Assembly (NCBI GenBank): GCA_035545075.1
Contig: DASZZJ010000099.1
Location: 3,881 to 67,880, forward strand
DNA from: Candidatus Acidiferrales bacterium
GTDB lineage: Bacteria; Acidobacteriota; Terriglobia; Acidiferrales; UBA7541
Direction of reading: 5' to 3'
Length of the DNA stretch: 64,000 bases
Each line of letters opens with the position of its first letter. Position 1 is the first letter of the stretch. This document shows, piece by piece, positions 61,540-64,000 of this stretch. Position numbers and translations under genes: made by a program. The notes beneath the pieces were generated by a model, which worked only from the letters and a program-made list of their open reading frames with translations, made no database searches and was not told the origin of the DNA.

Positions 61540-62390
61540 GCAGCGCTCAACGCCGCCGCGGAAACGGTGGAGAGAGGCTCGCGCGTCACGAGCGTCCCGG
61601 GCACGTCCGGATTTTTTTCTCCAGTGCCGGCTCCCGCTGCGTGCGCCGCGCACAAAAGCGCTTCCGGCGCCGTGCCCCCCACGATGCGCACGCCGCCGAC
61701 TCCGCCTTCCAGGGCACGCTTCGCTGCCTCGAGCTTCAGAACCATGCCTCCCGACACGATGCGGCTTTCCACCAACGTTCCGATATCTCCGCAAGATACC
61801 GCGGGCAAAAGCCGCTCCCCGTGCAGCACCCCGGCGACGTCCGTCAGGTAGATGAGCGCGTCGGCGCGGAGATATTCCGCGCACGCCGCGGCCATGTGGT
61901 CGGCGTTGATGTTGTAGAGTTCGCCGTCCGCGCCCATCCCGAGGCACGGCGCGACGGGCACGAGCCCTTCGCGCCACAGCGACTCGAGGAACGGGGCGTT
62001 CACTCCCGTAAGGTAGCCGACAAAACCGAGCCCCCCGGGCACCTCGTTGTGGACCAATGGATCCGCCCGAAAGCACTGCGCGTCAGCCGCGGAAATCCCC
62101 ACCGCAGGCTGCCCGGCCGCAGAGATCGCCGCGGCCAACCGTTTGTTGAGCAGCCCGGCGAAGACCATCACCGCGGCATCCCGTGTTTCGCGGTCGGTCA
62201 CGCGCAGCCCCGCAACGAACCGGCTTTCCAAACCCAGGCGCTTCAGCGTTGCGGTGAACAGCCGCCCGCCGCCGTGCACGATGAGGATCTCGTGTCCCGC
62301 GCGAGCGAGCGCCGCCACCTGCTGCGTCAGCGAAGCCACCGCCTCCGCGTCTTCCAGCAATGCTCCGGCAAACTTGATGACCAGTCTCAT
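61536..62390 (-). CDS. argB: Acetylglutamate kinase
   Basis: VIKFAG, VHGGG, GLRVTD, NINAD, LTDVAG, GGMVLK. Confidence 0.95.
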   Translation of the reverse strand: MRLVIKFAGALLEDAEAVASLTQQVAALARAGHEILIVHGGGRLFTATLKRLGLESRFVAGLRVTDRETRDAAVMVFAGLLNKRLAAAISAAGQPAVGISAADAQCFRADPLVHNEVPGGLGFVGYLTGVNAPFLESLWREGLVPVAPCLGMGADGELYNINADHMAAACAEYLRADALIYLTDVAGVLHGERLLPAVSCGDIGTLVESRIVSGGMVLKLEAAKRALEGGVGGVRIVGGTAPEALLCAAHAAGAGTGEKNPDVPGTLVTREPLSTVSAAALSAA

Positions 62391-63418
62391 TGAAGTGCTG
62401 TCTGCTCCTCGATTCCCAGGATGTGATTGAAGTTCTGGACCGCCTGCCCCGCTGCGCCTTTGCCGAGGTTGTCCAGGCAGGAGACGACGATCAGCCGCTC
62501 GCCCGCCGCGTCCAGAGCGAACCCGATGTCGCAGAAATTCGTGTGCGCCACGTGCTGCAGCTCCGGCAGTTTCCCCGCCGGCCAGATGCGCACCATCGGA
62601 CGCCCCGCGTAGAACTTCCGGAAAAGGGCTTCCACCTCCGCGGCCTCGCGCGGCGCATCCAGCCAGACGTAAATCGTCGAAAGGATTCCGCGCGCCAGCG
62701 GCAGCAGGTGCGTCGAAAACATCACCTGCCCGCCCGTGAGGCCCGTGTGCTCGAGAATCTCCGGCGTATGCTGGTGCGTGAAGAGCCCGTAAGCACGGAA
62801 ATTTTCATCCACCTCGACGAACTGCAAATCGCGCCGCAGTTCCTTGCCGGCGCCGCTCGCGCCGGACTTGCAATCGCAGATCACGCCGCGCTCGGCCGCA
62901 ATCCAGCCGGCATCCGCCAGCGGGCGCAGCGCGAGGATCACCGACGTCGCATAGCAGCCGGGGTTCGCGACGAGTTGCGCGCGGGAGATCTCTTTCCCAT
63001 ACAGTTCGGGCAGGCCGTACACGGCTTTTTCGAGCCAGGCCGCAGGAGGCGCGGGCTGGTTGTACCAGGCGGAAAACGTCTCCCCCGACCGGAACCGGAA
63101 CGACCCGCTCAGGTCCACCACGCGGAGCCCGGCTTCGCTCAAGGCCGGCGCCAGCTCCCGCGACACTTCGTGCGGCGTAGCAAGAAACGCGACGCCGGCG
63201 CCGCTCCCGGCGATCACCCCGGTGGAGAGGGTCTTCACCGGCGCTTCCCCGGCACCGCGGAGCTGCGGAAACAGCTCCCCCAGGCATTGCGCGCCGCCCG
63301 TCTCGCGCAGGTAGAAAACCGGCTGGCGGACAGCGGGATGGCGCAACAGAATCCGCGCGAGTTCGAGCCCCGTGTATCCGGAGACACCTACGACGGCCAC
63401 TTGCTTCGGGTCTCTCAT
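62387..63418 (-). CDS. argC: N-acetyl-gamma-glutamyl-phosphate reductase
   Basis: GVSGYTG, ANPGCY, SGASGAG, DNLGKGAAGQAVQN. Confidence 0.96.
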   Translation of the reverse strand: MRDPKQVAVVGVSGYTGLELARILLRHPAVRQPVFYLRETGGAQCLGELFPQLRGAGEAPVKTLSTGVIAGSGAGVAFLATPHEVSRELAPALSEAGLRVVDLSGSFRFRSGETFSAWYNQPAPPAAWLEKAVYGLPELYGKEISRAQLVANPGCYATSVILALRPLADAGWIAAERGVICDCKSGASGAGKELRRDLQFVEVDENFRAYGLFTHQHTPEILEHTGLTGGQVMFSTHLLPLARGILSTIYVWLDAPREAAEVEALFRKFYAGRPMVRIWPAGKLPELQHVAHTNFCDIGFALDAAGERLIVVSCLDNLGKGAAGQAVQNFNHILGIEEQTALQ

Positions 63419-63864
63419 CTCAACTCTTCTTCAATCTTTTTTTGCAGGGACTCCCGGCTCTTCCGCTTGGGGGTGACGATCAGTACGGTGTCGTCGCCCG
63501 CGATCGTGCCGGCGACCTCCGGAAGCTTCGCGGCATCGAGCGCAGCGGCCAGAGGCTGCGCGCCTCCCGGGGGCGTCTTCAGGATGAGCAGATTCTCCGC
63601 CGGGCGGAGATCCAGCAGAAACTCGCGCAGGGCGCGCGCCAGCGAGGGCAGCGGAGCGCCTTCTTCGGCCAGCGCGGCGGCCGTCCTGTATCCTTTCGGC
63701 GTCTTGACCAGTTTCAGCTCCTGCAGATCGCGGGAGAGCGTCGCCTGCGTCACCCGCAGCTTGCGGTGCACCAGCAGGCGGCGAAGCTCATCCTGGCTCG
63801 TGACCGGCTCGGCGGTGATCAGGTTCAGGATCTGCCCGTGACGGAATTTCTTTCCGTTGCTCAT
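63415..63864 (-). CDS. argR: Arginine repressor
   Basis: SQDEL, TQATLSRDLQEL, KTPPGGA, GTIAGDDT. Confidence 0.96.
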   Translation of the reverse strand: MSNGKKFRHGQILNLITAEPVTSQDELRRLLVHRKLRVTQATLSRDLQELKLVKTPKGYRTAAALAEEGAPLPSLARALREFLLDLRPAENLLILKTPPGGAQPLAAALDAAKLPEVAGTIAGDDTVLIVTPKRKSRESLQKKIEEELR

Positions 63865-63870
63865 GGGAAC

Positions 63871-63924
63871 CGTGGAAATATGCATCTCACTGTATATTTA
63901 TACGGACACGCGCCGCGCTGTCAA
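63871..63924 (-). promoter_or_regulatory. arg operon promoter with tandem ARG boxes
   Basis: -35 TTGACA (63919-63924); palindromic TGTATATTTATACG (63891-63904) over the -10; weaker box CGTGGAAATATGCA (63871-63884). Confidence 0.75.
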
Positions 63925-64000
63925 ACCTTTTTTTACGCGGACGTGCACCGGAGCCGTTCCGCCCGCGCCGGCTGGCCCCTGCCCGTTTCGCGACATCCGC

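Overview
GC-rich bacterial chromosomal window. The gene content (split atp operon, RRM protein, ADOP-like permease remnant) suggests Acidobacteriota, which is an inference. Most of it is housekeeping: partial F1F0 ATP synthase operon (atpF'FHAGD), tRNA-Leu(CAG), RNase R, citrate synthase, sucA, lipA, thiI, an acyl-CoA ligase, an ABC transporter and a complete argRCBDFGHJ operon with ARG boxes. The strongest candidate for a new system is a compact minus-strand RiPP-like cluster at 17805-20936. It encodes an HPr-kinase-related P-loop protein, a PqqD/RRE protein, a radical SAM/SPASM enzyme, a 55-aa precursor peptide missed by the ORF track (18413-18580, KKPYSKP leader motif, two Cys, C-terminal Ser) and a soluble S24/S26 peptidase. 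Other notable items are a self-contained ~170-nt structured sRNA with its own promoter and terminator (23461-23668), a small protein resembling archaeal/eukaryotic ribosomal protein eL13 (51091-51372), an accessory islet with an HTH-ImmA/IrrE + PIN pair, integration scars (a duplicated gene 3' end and a duplicated tRNA T-arm), nested REP-like palindromes and a MerR-regulated cassette. No CRISPR array, rRNA, integrase or transposase was seen. All family calls come from motif recognition by eye, not from database searches.
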